A stretch of 64,000 nucleotides of DNA from Squalus acanthias (taxonomy: Eukaryota), in NCBI GenBank assembly GCA_030390025.1, contig JASTWF010000338.1, positions 1-64,000 of the forward strand. The letters are read 5' to 3'. The notes under the pieces were generated by a model. That model was given only the letters and a program-made list of their open reading frames with translations, made no database searches and was not told the DNA's origin. The position numbers were made by a program, and so were the translations under genes. Shown in pieces: positions 10,907-24,095 of the stretch; the first letter of the stretch is position 1, and each line of letters begins with the position of its first letter.

Positions 10907-13900
10907 TTAAGGGTAGGACATGGCAGGGCAGCTCGGCAGCGTGGAGTGCTCCTCCTGTGCTATGTTGGAAGTCAGGGACACTTTAGGTGTCTGGGGCGAA
11001 CACATGTGCAGGAAGTGTCTCCAGCTACAGCTACTCGAAATCCGCCTTTCGGAGCTGGAGCTGCGACTGGAGTCACTGTGGAGCATCCGCGAAGCTGAGA
11101 TCTTCGTGGATAGCACGTTTAACAAGGTGGTCACACCGCAGGTAAAGAGTGCACAGGCAGACAGGGAATGGGTGACCACCAGACAGAGTAAAAGAACTAG
11201 GAAGATAGTGCCGAAGTCCCCTGGGTCAATCTCCCTCTCTGACAGATTTTCCGTTTTGGATACTGATGGGGGAGATGGTTTCGCAGGGGAATGCAGCAAG
11301 AGCGAAGTCCATGGCACTACGAGTGGCTCAGGTGCACAGGAGGGGAGGAAAAAGAGTGGGAGAGCAATAGTGATAGGGGATTCTATCGTAAGGGGAACAG
11401 ATAGACGTTTCTGTGGCCGCAGATGTGCCTCCAGGATGGTATGTTGCCTCCCTGGTGCCAGGGTCAAGGATGTCACTAAACGGCTGCAGGGCATTCTGAA
11501 GGGGGAGGGCGAACAGTCAGAGGTCATGGTTCACATTGGTACCAACGACATGGGTAGAAAGAGGGATGAGGTCCTGCAACAAGAATTTAGGGAGCTAGGT
11601 AGCAGATTAAAAAGCAGGACCTCAAAGGTTGTAATCTCTGGATTACTCCCAGTGCCACGTGCTAGTGAGTATAGGAATAGGAGGATAGAGCAGATGAATG
11701 CGTGGCTAAAGCGTTGGTGCAGGAGGGAGGGCTTTAGTTTCCTGGATCACTGGGTCTGCTTCTGGGGAAGGTGGGACCTGTACAAGTCGGACGGGTTGCA
11801 CCTGAACCGGAATGGGACCAACATCTTTGCGGGGAGGTTTGCTAGTACTGTTGGGGGGGGGGGGGGGTTTGAACTATCTTGGCAGGGGGATGGGATACGG
11901 AGTGGAGCTATAGTAGGGGGTGATGCACAGCCAAATATAGAGGAAAAAACAAGTCAGCCTGGAAGGCAGTGCAAATATGTAACGGCACAAGGGAGTATGG
12001 CAAGGCTGGATGGCATTTATTTTAATGCAAGGAGTCTTGCGAGTAAGGCAGATGAATTGAAGGTATTGATGAACACATGGGAGTATGATATTGTTGCTGT
12101 CACAGAGACATGGTTGTGGGAGGGGCAGGACTGGCAGCTCAATATTCCGGGGTATAGAATCTTCAGGCGAGACAGAGGGGGGTGTAAGAGGAGGGGGTGT
12201 CGCAATATTAATCAAGGAGTCAATTACTGCTGTAAGGAGGGATGATATCTTAGCAGGTTCCTCTAATGAGGCCATATGGGTAGAACTTAAAAACAAAAAA
12301 GGGGCAAGCACTTTGCTGGGAGTGTACTATAGGCCCCCAAACAGTCAGGGGGAGATAGAGGAACAGATATGTAGGCAAATCTCAGAGAAGTGTAGAAATA
12401 ATAGGGTAATAATAGTAGGGGATTTCAACTTCCCCAATATTAACTGGGATAGTCAGAGTGTGAAAGGCTTAGAGGGTGCGGAATTCTTAAAGTGCATCCA
12501 GGAGAGCTTTTTGAGCCAGCATGTAGAAAGTCCTACAAGAGAGGGGGCGGTACTGGACCTAATTCTAGGGAATGTAGCCGGGCAAGTGGCAGAAGTGTTA
12601 GTAGGAGATCATTTTGGTGACAGTGACCATAATTCGGTGAGATTTAAGGTAGTCATGGAAAAGGACAAAGATGGACCGGAAATAAAGGTTCTAAATTGGG
12701 GGAAGGCCGATTTTAATATGATAAGGCAGGATCTGGCCAAAGTGGACTGGGATCAGCTACTTGTAGGAAAATCCACATCAGAGCAATGGGAGTCTTTCAG
12801 AAAGGAAATAGAGAGAGTACAACGGCAACATGTTCCCGTAAAGGTCAAGGGTGGGACCAACAAGTCCAGGGAACCCTGGATGTCAAGGGATATATAGAGT
12901 GGATTAGGAAAAAAAGGGAGGCTTTTGGCAGATACAAAGGACTAAAAACAGTGGAAGCCCTAGAGGAGTATAGAAAGTGCAGGGGGGTACTTAAAAATGA
13001 AATTAGGAGAGCGAAGAGGGGGCATGAAATAACACTGGTGGGAAAATAAAGGAAAATCCCAAGGTGTTTTATAAGTATATTGAGGGCAAGAGGATAACCA
13101 GGGAAAGAGTAGGGCCCATTAGGGACCAAAGTGGCAATCTGTGTGTAGAGCCGAAAGATGTGGGTGAGGTTTTAAATGAATATTTTGCATCTGTGTTCAC
13201 TATGGAGAAGGACGATGTCAGCATAGAAATCAGGCAGGGGGATTGTGATATACTTGAACAAATTAACATTGCGAGGGAGGAGGTACTAGCGGTTTTAGCG
13301 GGCTTAAAAGTGGATAAATCCCCAGGCCCAGACGAGATGTATCCCAGGCTGCTGTGTGAGGCAAGGGAGGAGATTGCAGGGACTCTGACACAAATTTTCA
13401 GAACCTCTCTGGCCACAGGGGAGGTGCCAGAGGACTGGAGGACAGATAACGTAGTACCATTATTCAAGAAGGGTAGTAGGGATAAACCAGGGAATTACAG
13501 GCCAGTGAGCCTAACATCAGTGGTAGGGAAATTATTGGAAAAAATTCTGAGGGACAGAATTAGTCTCCACTTGGAGAGGCAAGGATTAATCAAGGATAGT
13601 CAGCATGGCTTTGTCAGGGGGAGATCATGTCTAACCAAATTGATTGATTTTTTTGAGGGGGTGACTAGGTGTGTGGATGAGGGTAGTGCAGTTGATGTAG
13701 TCTACATGGACTTCAGTAAGGCTTTTGACGAAGTCCCGCATGGGAGACTGATCAAGAAGGTAAGAGCCCATGGGATCCAGGGCAATTTGGCACATTGGAT
13801 CCAAAATTGGCTTCGTGGCAGGAGGCAGAGGGTGATGGTCGAAGGTTGTTTTTGCGACTGGAAGCCTGTGTCCAGTGGTTACCGCAGAGATCAATGCTGG

Positions 13901-14885
13901 GTCCCTTGCTGTTTGTAGTGTACATTAATGATTTAGATATGAATGTAGGAGCTATGATCAGTCAGTTCGCAGATGACACGAAAATTGGTGGAGTGGTAAA
14001 TAGCGAGGAGGGAAGCCTCAGGCTACAGGACGATATAGACGGGTTGGTCAGATGGGCAGAACAGTGGCAAATGGAATTTAACCCTGAAAAGTGTGAGGTG
14101 ATGCATTTTGGGAGGACTAATAAGGCAAGGGAATACACAATGAATGGTAGGACCCTACGAAGGACAGAGGATCAGAGGGACCTTGGTGTGCATGTACATA
14201 GATCCCTGAAGGCAGCAGGACAGGTAGATAAGGTGGTTAAGAAGGCATATGGGATACTTGCCTTCATTAGCCGAGGCATAGAATATAAGAGCAGGGAGGT
14301 TATGATGGAGCTGTACAAAACGCTAGTTAGGCCACAGCTGGAATACTGTGTGCAGTTCTGGTCGCCACACTATAGGAGTGATGTGATTGCATTGGAGAGG
14401 GTGCAGAGGAGATTCACCAGGATGTTATCTGGGCTGCAGTGCTTCAGCTATGAAGAGAGACTGGACAGGCTGGGGTTGTTTTCCTTAGAGCAGAGAAGGC
14501 TGAGGGGGGAACCTGATTGAGGTGTACAAAATTATGAGGGGCATAGATAGGATAGATAGAAAGGAACTTTTCCCCTTAGTAGAGGGGTCAATAACCAGGG
14601 GGCATAGTTTCAAGGTAAGGGGCAGGAGGTTTAGAGGGGGTTTGAGGAAAAACTTTTTCACCCAGAGGGTGGTTGGAATCTGGAACTCACTGCCTGAAAG
14701 GGTGGTAGAGGCAGGAACCCTCAACATTCAAGAAGCATTTAGATGAGCACTTGAAACGCCATAGCATACAAGGCTAGGGACCAAGTGCTGGAAACTGGGA
14801 TTAGAATAGACAGGGCTTGATGGTCGGCGCGGACACGATGGGCTGAAGGGCCTCTTTCTGTGCTGTATAACTCTGTGACTCTATA
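10907..14885 (+). mobile_element. Near full-length CR1 LINE: ORF1 (Zn/leucine zipper + SGNH esterase), ORF2 (APE + RT), frameshifted
   Basis: GDSIVR/HIGTND/DGLH esterase motifs; VGDFN and SDH APE motifs; FADD RT; (ataactct)-type tail. Confidence 0.95.
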
Positions 14886-14944
14886 AGGAGAATCAGTTTA
14901 AATCACAAAGAAAGCGAGAGCTGACAGGATATCTGGGAATAGGA

Positions 14945-16606
14945 GCATTGGTAATAATTTTTCAAAACTCCCTGGATTCCGCTAAGGTCCCGGCAGACTG
15001 GAAAACTGCTAATGTAACACCCTTATTTAAAAAGGGCAGTAGACAGAAGGCTGGTAACTATAGACCGGTTAGCCTAACATCTGTGGTAGGTAAAATTTTG
15101 GAGTCCATTATTAAGGAAACAGTAACAGGACATTTGGATAATCATAATTTAATAGGACAAAGTCAGCATGGTTTTACGAAGGGGAAGTCATGTTTGACAA
15201 ATTTGCTGGAGTTCTTTGAGGAAGTAACATATAGAGTGGATAAAGGGGAACCAGTGGACGTAGTGTATTTAGACTTCCAAAAGGCATTTGACAAGGTGCC
15301 ACACAAAAGATTATTGCTTAAGGTAAAAAATCACGGGATTGGGGGTAATATTCTGGCATGGATAGAGGATTGGCTATCTAACAGAAAGCAAAGAGTTGGG
15401 ATAAATGGTTCATTCTCAGACTGGCAATCAGTAACTAGTGGTGTTCCACAGGGGTCAGTGCTGGGTCCCCAACTCTTCACAATGTATATTAACGATTTGG
15501 AGGAAGGGACCAAGTGTAACATATCAAAATTTGCAGATGATACAAAGATGGGAGGGAAAGTAGTGAGTGAGGAGGACATAAAAAACCTGCAAGGGGACAT
15601 AGACAGGCTAAGTAAGTGGGCAGAGATTTGGCAGATGGAATACAACACTGGAAAGTGTGAGGTGATGCACTTTGGCAGGAAAAATCCTAGAGCAATTTAT
15701 TATCTTAATGGCAAGAAACTGGAGAGTACTGAAGTGCAAAGGGATCTGGGGGTCCTGGTGCACGAAACTCAAAAGGTTAGTATGCAGGTGCAGCAAGTGA
15801 TTAAGAAGGCAAATGGAATGTTGGCTTTCATTGCTAGGGGGATAGAATATAAAAATAGGGAGGTATTGCTTCAGTTGTACAAGGTATTGGTGAGACCGCA
15901 CCTGGAATACTGCATACAGTTTTGGTGTCCTTACTTAAGGAAAGACATCCTTGCTCTCGAGGCAGTGCAAAAAAGGTTCACTCGGTTAATCCCGGGGATG
16001 AGGGGGTGGTCATATGAGGAGAGGTTGGGTAGATTGGGACTCTACTCATTGGAGTTCAGAAGAATGAGAGGCGATCTTATTGAAACATATAAGATTGTGA
16101 AGGGGTTGGATCGGGTGGATGCGGGGAGGATGTTCCCGATGACGGGTGAGACGAGAACTAGGGGACATAGTCTTAGAATAAGGGGCTGCTCTTTCAAAAC
16201 TGAGATGAGGAGGAACTACTTCACTCAGAGGGTGGTAGGTCCATGGAATATGCTGCCACAAAAAGCTGTAGAAGCTACAACATTAATTAAATTTAAAACA
16301 GAAATAGACAGTTTCCTAGAAGTAAAGGCCATTAAGGGTTATGGGGAGCGGGCAGGAATTTGGACATGAGTCTAGGTTCGGATCGGTCATGGCCCTGTGG
16401 GTAGTGGAGCGGGCCCAGGGACTGTGTAGCCTGATTCTGCTCCTATTTCGTGTGTGCAATTCTGTTAGATGCAGGAGATGGTTCTGTGATAGATAGTAGA
16501 TTGGCGGTTAGGATCAGATCAGCCATGATCTTATTGAATGGCGGAGCAGGCTTGAGGGGCCGATTGGCCTACTCCTGCTCCTATTTCTTATGTTCTTATG
16601 TTCTTA
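14945..16606 (+). mobile_element. 5'-truncated CR1 LINE (open RT ORF 14948-16369) plus an extra CR1 tail
   Basis: [14 protein letters not shown]; tails at ~16450 and ~16600. Confidence 0.95.
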
Positions 16607-16609
16607 CGG

Positions 16610-17450
16610 CAAGGTTAGCAGGAGTAAACAGAATAGATAAAGTATGTGGGAAGACGATGGGGTAATGAAGAGGCAATTAAACAGATTATTGTCAAACAAT
16701 GAGGCTAACCAGAATCAAGGCCTTACTCGAGGCATCGTGTGCAGCCTCTGTGTGACATTTGTGATGAATGTGGTCCAGAAGGGACTGGACAACATCGAGG
16801 GTCATCAAATCCCTTTGTTTATTCATGAAGAACAACAGAGAAAATGGTTTAAAGGAACCAAGACAGAGACTATGATGTGAGGCAGCAAATGGGAATGGTG
16901 TTATTGGCCCCGAGGGAAGGGGATTGAAATGAAGATATTAGACCAGTGGGATTGGTCTTGTCTTTGTGAAGGAGAAATGGAAATGAAACGAAACCTTGGA
17001 AGGTGTATCGGGTAGAATGGGTTGGAATGGTGGAAGACTCTGAGTTTGGTCCGATCCATAAACAGAATGAGGAATAGCCAAGATATCTGATTAAGAAGGG
17101 GGGAACTTGGATAGCACCAGATCTGCAGTGTTGAACTCTGAAAGGGACAACATGGGTTTGTAGATGTGACGTAGTCCATCAACAGACTGTTCCAGCTTGT
17201 GGGTTCACCCTCGACAAAGAATCACCAAAATGCCAGATTGGAATAAGTAAATGGGGCGAAGACCAAACTAATAGCGTGTATAAAGGAAAAGGACAGGATT
17301 GTGTGACTACTACTGCCACTTATATGACTGTGGGTTCACCCCGATGCCCCACACTAGAACATCACTTTTGTTTGATTCCAGCGAGAAACAGGCGTATCGG
17401 TGCTAAAACAAGAGGTAACAGAACACATAAAAAGCAAAACCAGTGGGACA
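16610..17450 (+). pseudogene. Degenerate Cys-rich env-like glycoprotein remnant
   Basis: Fragments ...IVCSLCVTFVMNVVQKGL... and TWVCRCDVVHQQTVPACGF...CQIGI...VYKGKGQDCVTTT...C...FCLIP; homologous to 9190-10450; no flanking LTR seen. Confidence 0.45.
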
Positions 17451-17790
17451 TGTTGGCATATGGACCCCGGTTAATTCAGCTTCTGAAAGGGGTTCATGTT
17501 TAATTCATTCGATATCGGGGAAAATGTGGTTCGTATCATTAGAGAGTGAGAGAGATTTCACTGAGCAACAGCTGGTGTTTTGTGACCAACCAGCCTTCGA
17601 CATTCACAATAGAATGTTTGGATTAGAAATCTGATGTTAGGATAAGGAAAGTCCAGAACTAGTGGTTTATGCTCACCGTACCAAGACCACGATGTTTATC
17701 TGTGTGTTGTTGATGTGGATGTGTGTCTCTGGACTATGCAGGAGCCAGAGACGACCATATTAGGCAATGCCTGCTCCAGTTTGATCAGAA
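17451..17790 (-). pseudogene. Candidate endogenous bornavirus-like glycoprotein element (EBLG), copy 1
   Basis: Reverse-complement homolog of 63440-63800; GAGIA*YGRLWLLHSPE and FPYPNIRFLIQTFY/VNVEGWLVT/KTPAV (frameshifted). Confidence 0.7.
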
Positions 17791-17805
17791 AACAGTCTAT
17801 AAATG

Positions 17806-18501
17806 TCAACTTTTGTGAACTCGCTGGTGTGTCAGCAGGCTGGATGAACGAGAGAATCGCTTCCCACACTCGGAGCAGGTGAACAGCCTCTCCCCAGTGT
17901 GAACTCGCTGGTGTGTCAGCAGGTGGGATGAACGAGAGAATCGCTTCCCACACTCGGAGCAGGTGAACAGCCTCTCCCCAGTGTGAACTCGCTGGTGTGT
18001 CAGCAGGTGGGATGAATGAGAGAATCCCTTCCCGCACTCAGAGCAGGTGAATGGCCTCTCCCCAGTGTGAGTGCGATGATGAATTTCCAGCTCAGACGGG
18101 TAACTGAATCCCTTCCCACAGTCCCCACATTTCCACGGTTTCTCCATGGTGCGGGTGTCCTCGTGTCTCTCCAGGTTGGATGATCAGTTGAAACCTCGTC
18201 CACACACAGAACACGTGTACGGTTTCTCCCCGCTGTGAACGGTGCGATGTTTTTCAGGCTGTGTAACTGGTTGAAGCTCTTTCCACAGTCAGTGCACTGG
18301 AACACTCTCACTCGGGTGTGTGTGTCTCGGTGCTTTTCCAGTCACACTTATGTTTGAAATCTTTTCCCACAGACAAACATTTCTCCTTCCACATTCAAAG
18401 GCTGATGATATTCAGGTCCTGATGAATCGAGTGACGCTGTCAGATCTTGACGCGATGTTTGGTTTGAGTTTCCCTTCTTCAAATTCTCCCCTTCTAAAAC
18501 C
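17806..18501 (-). pseudogene. ZNF unit B: C2H2 exon, frameshifted upstream; open 4-finger ORF 17806-18147
   Basis: 1-nt deletion in A-run at ~18250 relative to unit C; normal 3' UTR replaced by EBLG-adjacent sequence. Confidence 0.8.
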
Positions 18502-18702
18502 CTGTAAAGAAGTTTACAAAACTCATCACTGTAAGTACAGGATAGAAATTCAGAACAGACAATTCTAGTTTCTATGTAACATTCTTTCCTCTCTTGTGAC
18601 TCCAAATCCCCGTCCCACACATTGTCCCTCCTCCCTGTGCTGAAATCCAAACACATCGCACGTCTCAAGACAGTTTGTTCTCCGCTCCCAGTTTTCACCA
18701 CC

Positions 18703-18985
18703 AACTCTGGCTGGGTTCAGTTCTACACTCACTGGTTCCCCTCCCTCTCCTCCCCTGAAGGTGCTGACTCTGGCTGGGTTCAGTTCTACACTCACTGGTT
18801 CCCCTCCCTCTCCTCCCCTGAAGGTGCTGACTCTGGCTGGGTTCAGTTCTACACTCACTGGTTCCCCTCCCTCTCCTCCCCTGAAGGTGCTGACTCTGGC
18901 TGGGTTCAGTTCTACACTCACTGGTTCCCCTCCCTCTCCTCCCCTGAAGGTGCTGACTCTGGCTGGGTTCAGTTCTGCACTCACT
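18703..18985. repeat. 63-bp minisatellite in ZNF-B intron 1 (~4.5 copies)
   Basis: Unit ctgaaggtgctgactctggctgggttcagttctacactcactggttcccctccctctcctccc. Confidence 0.95.
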
Positions 18986-19009
18986 GGGACCCTGAAGCGC
19001 TGCCCACTA

Positions 19010-19450
19010 TTGCTTCCTTTACAAAGATGGCTGCACATGCGCTGTACACCTCGCTGAAGTAGTATTGTGACGCACAAATCCACAGCTTTTCTTTACAAAG
19101 ATGGCCGCCGTTAACCTGGGCCTATTACCGGGAAAAAGCCTCCGAGCATCAAACGGGGAACCTATCGGTTCTTATTCGGGGCTTGCGGCCTACACCAGGT
19201 GTTTATGAAGCCCACCCACCGGGTACGTTACCTCCCTGCGCCCCGCTGATTCGTAATCGGCGCAAAAATCGCGACTCCGACCTTTCAGCGCTTCCGCACT
19301 CGCCTGGCTCTGATCACAATGACACTGCGCATGCTCCAACTACTGGCTTGCACTGCGCCTGCGCACTGGGCTCCTCCAGTGTGAATGGGGCACATTCTGC
19401 CCCGTGGGGCATGCTGGGGAAAATTGAAAGCCCCAATTAGTGAATGGAGA
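19010..19450 (-). promoter_or_regulatory. CpG promoter / exon 1 of ZNF-B
   Basis: Two aagatggc motifs; gcgcatgc and gcgcctgcgca; ggcatgctgggga; donor gag|gtaacg at 19231. Confidence 0.7.
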
Positions 19451-20419
19451 ATGATTCCTATAGAACGTTCTGTCCTCTCCTGCCCCTCCTAAGCTGTAAA
19501 TTCCCCATTCTACAAACTCTGCCTCCATCCTTACTGTCTAAAATCAACATTCATTGCACTGGCTGGGATTTTGTTTTCCCCCTTCTCTGCAGAAGGTGCT
19601 GAATCCGGCTGGGTGCAATTCCACAGACATTAGTTAACCTCTCGTGCCTCACCGTCAGCCGACTCAGTGAGAGTCAGCAGCATTTCCCCTGTGGTAGGCA
19701 TCACAGCCGAGTCCAATCCTGCCCTCAATTGACATCCATACACTTCCCAGTTGATGTGACTGGATCTCCATCAAGAGCAGGGGCAGGGGCTGATTTTTAC
19801 TCTTATTTAGCCCAGTGGTGCTGAGGCCAATTCTGGCCCCTGAACTGTTGCAGTGTCACTGTGATCAGAGCCGGCGAGTGCGGAAGCGCTGAGATCAACT
19901 AACAGCCCAGATCAAGGACTGCACTTTGGACCTTCCCAGTCAGTAGTGCCGAGTGTTTGACAGTCGGGGTGGTGGTGGGGCGGGGCCAATGTGGAGGTGG
20001 GAAGGGTTAGAAGAGAACATTCTGAAAGAAATGTTACTCCACCTTTCAAGGAAACCTTCGTCACTCTGCAAAATTCTGAAGTCTTTCCAAATTAAACAAG
20101 CAAGTCAAATGGATCATCAAAAACAGCGAGACATTTTAGAAAGGCTCAAGTCACTGAAACAGACAGGTTTACAATCACTGCACAGTACAGAAGGGAGCGA
20201 CTGTTAATGGGAGCTCTGTTAGTGAAGTCCGCCGACACTCCAAGATAAACGGGTCTGTCCCTTTAAATATAAATATGCAGAGAAAGGGGAGTCCCTGTCC
20301 CTTTAAATATCTGGCCCATTCCCCCAGGCAGTGGGAGGAGGAACAGCGCGCGGCCTCTTTATATCCTGAACCAGCGGGTCTCGCCAAATGTGCTGCCACA
20401 TGTAGGAACCCCCTCTGTG

Positions 20420-20704
20420 TGGGGGTCACTTACATTGAGACACTAAATCCAGGGATCACTTACACTGTGGCTCCAAATCCAAACACCACTGACAATGAGA
20501 CACGAAATCCAGGGACCACTAACACTGAGACACCAAATCCAGGGACCACTTACAGTGTGACACAAAATCCAGGGACCACTTACACCCAGACACCAAATCC
20601 AAGGACCACTTACGCTGTTACACCAATTCCAGGGAGCACTTACACTATGACACTAGATCCAGGGACCACTTACTGTGTGACACCAAATCTAAAGACCACT
20701 TACA
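20420..20704. repeat. 30-bp minisatellite (ccagggaccacttacactgagacaccaaat); two inverted units also at ~10842-10900
   Basis: Direct periodicity. Confidence 0.9.
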
Positions 20705-23690
20705 TAGAAACATAGAAGATAGGAGCAGGAGTAGGACATTCGGCCCCTCGAGCCTGTTCCGCCATTTAATGAGATCATGGCTGATCATCCAAATTCAGTA
20801 CCCTGTCCCTGCTTTCTCCCCATATCCCTTGATCCCTTTAGCCTTAAGAAATATATTTAACTCCTTCTTGAATATATTTGATGAATTAGCCTCAACTGCC
20901 TTGTGTGGTAGAGAATTCCACAGGTTCACCACTCTCTGGGTGAAGTAATTCCTCCTCATCTCAGTCCTAAATGGCTTACCCCTTATCCTTAGACTGTGAC
21001 CCCTGGTTCTGGACTCCCCCGCCATCGAGAACATCCTTCCTGCATCTAGTCTGTCTAGTCCTGTTAGAATTTTATAAGTTTCAATGAGATCCCCTCTCAT
21101 TCTTCTAAACTCTAGCGAATACAAGCCCAATCGACCCAATCTCTCTTCATACGTCATTCCTGCCATCCCAGGTATCAGTCTGGTGAATCTTCGCTGCACT
21201 CCCTCCATGGCAAGAACATCCTTCCTCAGATAAGGCGACCAAAACTGCACACAATACTCAAGGTGTGGTCTCACCAAGGCCCTGTACAACTGCAGCAAGA
21301 CATCTTTGCTCCTGTACTCGAATCCTCTCGCTATGAAGGCCAACATACCATTTGCCTTCTGAACCGCCTGCTGCACCTGCATGCTTACCTTCAATGACTG
21401 GTGCCCAAGGACACCCAGGTCTCGTTGCACTTCCCCTTTTCCCAATCTATTGCCGTTCAGATAATAATCTGCCTTCCTGTTTTTGCCACCAAAGTGGATA
21501 ACCTCGCATTTATCCACATTATACTGCATCTGCCATGCATCTGCCCAATCACCCAACCTGTCCAAATCATACTGGAGTTTCTCTGCATCCTCCTCACAGC
21601 ACACACGCCAACCCAGCTTTGTGTCGTCTGCAAACTTGGAGATATTACATCTAGTTCCCTCGTCTAGATCATTAATATATATTGTGAATAACTGGGGTCC
21701 TAGCACCGATCCCTGCGGTACCCCACTAGTCACTGCCTGCCACTCGGAAAAAGACCCGTTTATTCCAACTCTTTGCTTCCTGTCTGCCAACCAGTTCTCT
21801 ATCCAAGTCAGTACCTTACCCTCAATCCCATGTGCTTTAACTTTGCACGCTAATCTCTTATGCGGGACCTTATCAAAAGTCTTCTGAAAGTCCAAATATG
21901 CCACATCCACTGGTTCTCCCTTATCTTTTCTACCAGTCACATCCTCAAAAAATTCCAGTAGATTACTCAAGCATGATTTACCTTTTGTAAATCCATGTTG
22001 ACTTTGTCCGATCCTGTCACTGTTTTCCAAGTGCTCAGCTATTACATCTTTTATAATGGACTCTAACATTTTCCCTACTACCGATGTCAGGTCTATTATT
22101 CCCCGTTTTCTCTCTACCACCTTTTTTAAATAGTGGAGTTACATTAGCTACCCTCCAATCCATGGGAACTGTTCCAGAGTCTATAGAATTTTGGAAGATG
22201 ACCAGCAATGCATCTACTATTTCTAGGGCCACTCCCTTAAGTACCCTAGGATGTAGATTATCAGACCCTGGGGATTTATCGGTCTTCAATCCCATCAATT
22301 TGCCTAACACCATTTCCCTACAAATACTGATTTAATTCAGTTCCTCCCTCTCATTAGATCCTATGTTCCCCGACATCTCTGGGAGGTTATTTGTGTCCTC
22401 CTTTGTGAAGACAGAACCAAAGTATGTATTTAATTGGTCTGCCATTTCTTTGTTCCCCATTATAAATTCCCCTGATTCTGACTGCAAGGGACCTACGCTT
22501 GACTTCACCAATCTTTTTCTCTTCACATATCTTTAGAAGCTTTTACAGTCAGTTTTTATGTTCCCTGAAAGCTTACTCTCATACTCTATTTTCCCCCTCT
22601 TAATTAATCTCTTTGTCCTCCTTTGCTGAATCCTAAACTGCTCCCAGTCCTCAGGTTTGCTGCTTTTTCTGGCCAATTTATATGTCCTCTCCTTGGATCT
22701 TATGCTATCCCTAATTTCCCTTGTTAGCCATGGTTGAGTAACCTTTTTTGTTTTATTTTTATGCCAAACAGGGATGAACAAATTCTGTAGTTCATCCATG
22801 CGATCTTTAAATGTTTGCCATTGCCTATCCACCATCAACCCTTTAAGTAACGTTCCCCAATCCATCCTAGCCAACTCACGCCTCATACCATCGTAGTTTC
22901 CTATATTTAAATTCAGGACCCTAGTCTCTGAGTCAACTACTTCACTCTCCATCTTAATGAAGAATTTTATGATATTATGATCGCTCCTCCCCAAGGGGCC
23001 TCGCACAACAAGATTGCTAATTAATCCTTTCTCATTACATAATAACCAGTCTAAGATGGCCTGATCTCTAGTTGGTTCCTTGTCATATTGGTCCAGGAAA
23101 CCATCCCGTATACACTCTAGGAATTCCTCCTCCACAGTATTGTTACTAATTTGGTTAGCCCAATCTATATGTAAAGTCACCCATGATAACTGCTGTGCCC
23201 TTATTGCACGCATCTCTAATTTCCCATTTAATGCCATCCCCAACCTCAGCATTTCTGTTTTGGGGTCTGTATACAACTCCCACTAACGTTTTCTGCCCCT
23301 TGGTATTTCTCAGCTCTACCCATACAGATTCCACATCATCAGAGCTAATATCCTTCCTTACTATTGTGTTAATCTCCTCTTTAACCAGCAATGCTACCCC
23401 ACCTCCTTTTCCTTTTTGCCTGTCTTTCCTGAATATTGAATACCCCTGGATGTTGAATTCCCAGCCTTGGTCACCCTGGAGCCACGTCTCCGTAATCCCA
23501 ATTATATCATATCCGTTTACATCTATTTGTGCAGCTAATTCATCCACCTTATTACGAATGTTCCTCGCATTAAGACACAAAGCCTTCAGGCTTTTTTTAA
23601 ACACTCTTAGACCTTTTAGAATTATTATTTACTGTGATCATGTTTGATTTACACCCTTGATTTCTCTGACTGCCACTTTTGCTTTTCATA
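20705..23690 (-). mobile_element. CR1 LINE, ORF2 (APE + RT), frameshifted
   Basis: ORFs 23155-23604, 22533-23276, 20795-22120; 3' tail at 20705. Confidence 0.95.
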
Positions 23691-24095
23691 GCTATTTCAT
23701 AGTTAGGTTTCTAAATTTCCAAACCCAGTTTGTCATGTTTTAATAAGGCCAGAATTCTTTCATAAGATAGTGTATTTTTCTGAATAGATTATAGGGCTTT
23801 TTCCGTCACACCCCACTCTTGACCAAAAAATGAGCTCGAGCATCAGGCCAGAGTTTGGTCAATGTTACAAATAAGGTTACAATAGTACATTAATTTCACG
23901 AGATTCATAAGAGCCCAATCACGTGCTACATGAAAATTCCTTTAAGTCATCCCAGGACAATGTTTTGCCTTATTTGAAATTGAACACAAATTAAAAGATT
24001 GATAGGTACATTGTCATGCAATTAGCGAAACAACATGTACTTAGAATGTCCAATTGACAGATGTACGTTCTGTAGAGGTGAATTATTCATACGAG

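Noticed and set aside
20275..20715. Mucin-like Thr/Pro ORF
   Set aside because: 30-bp minisatellite translation; no gene structure
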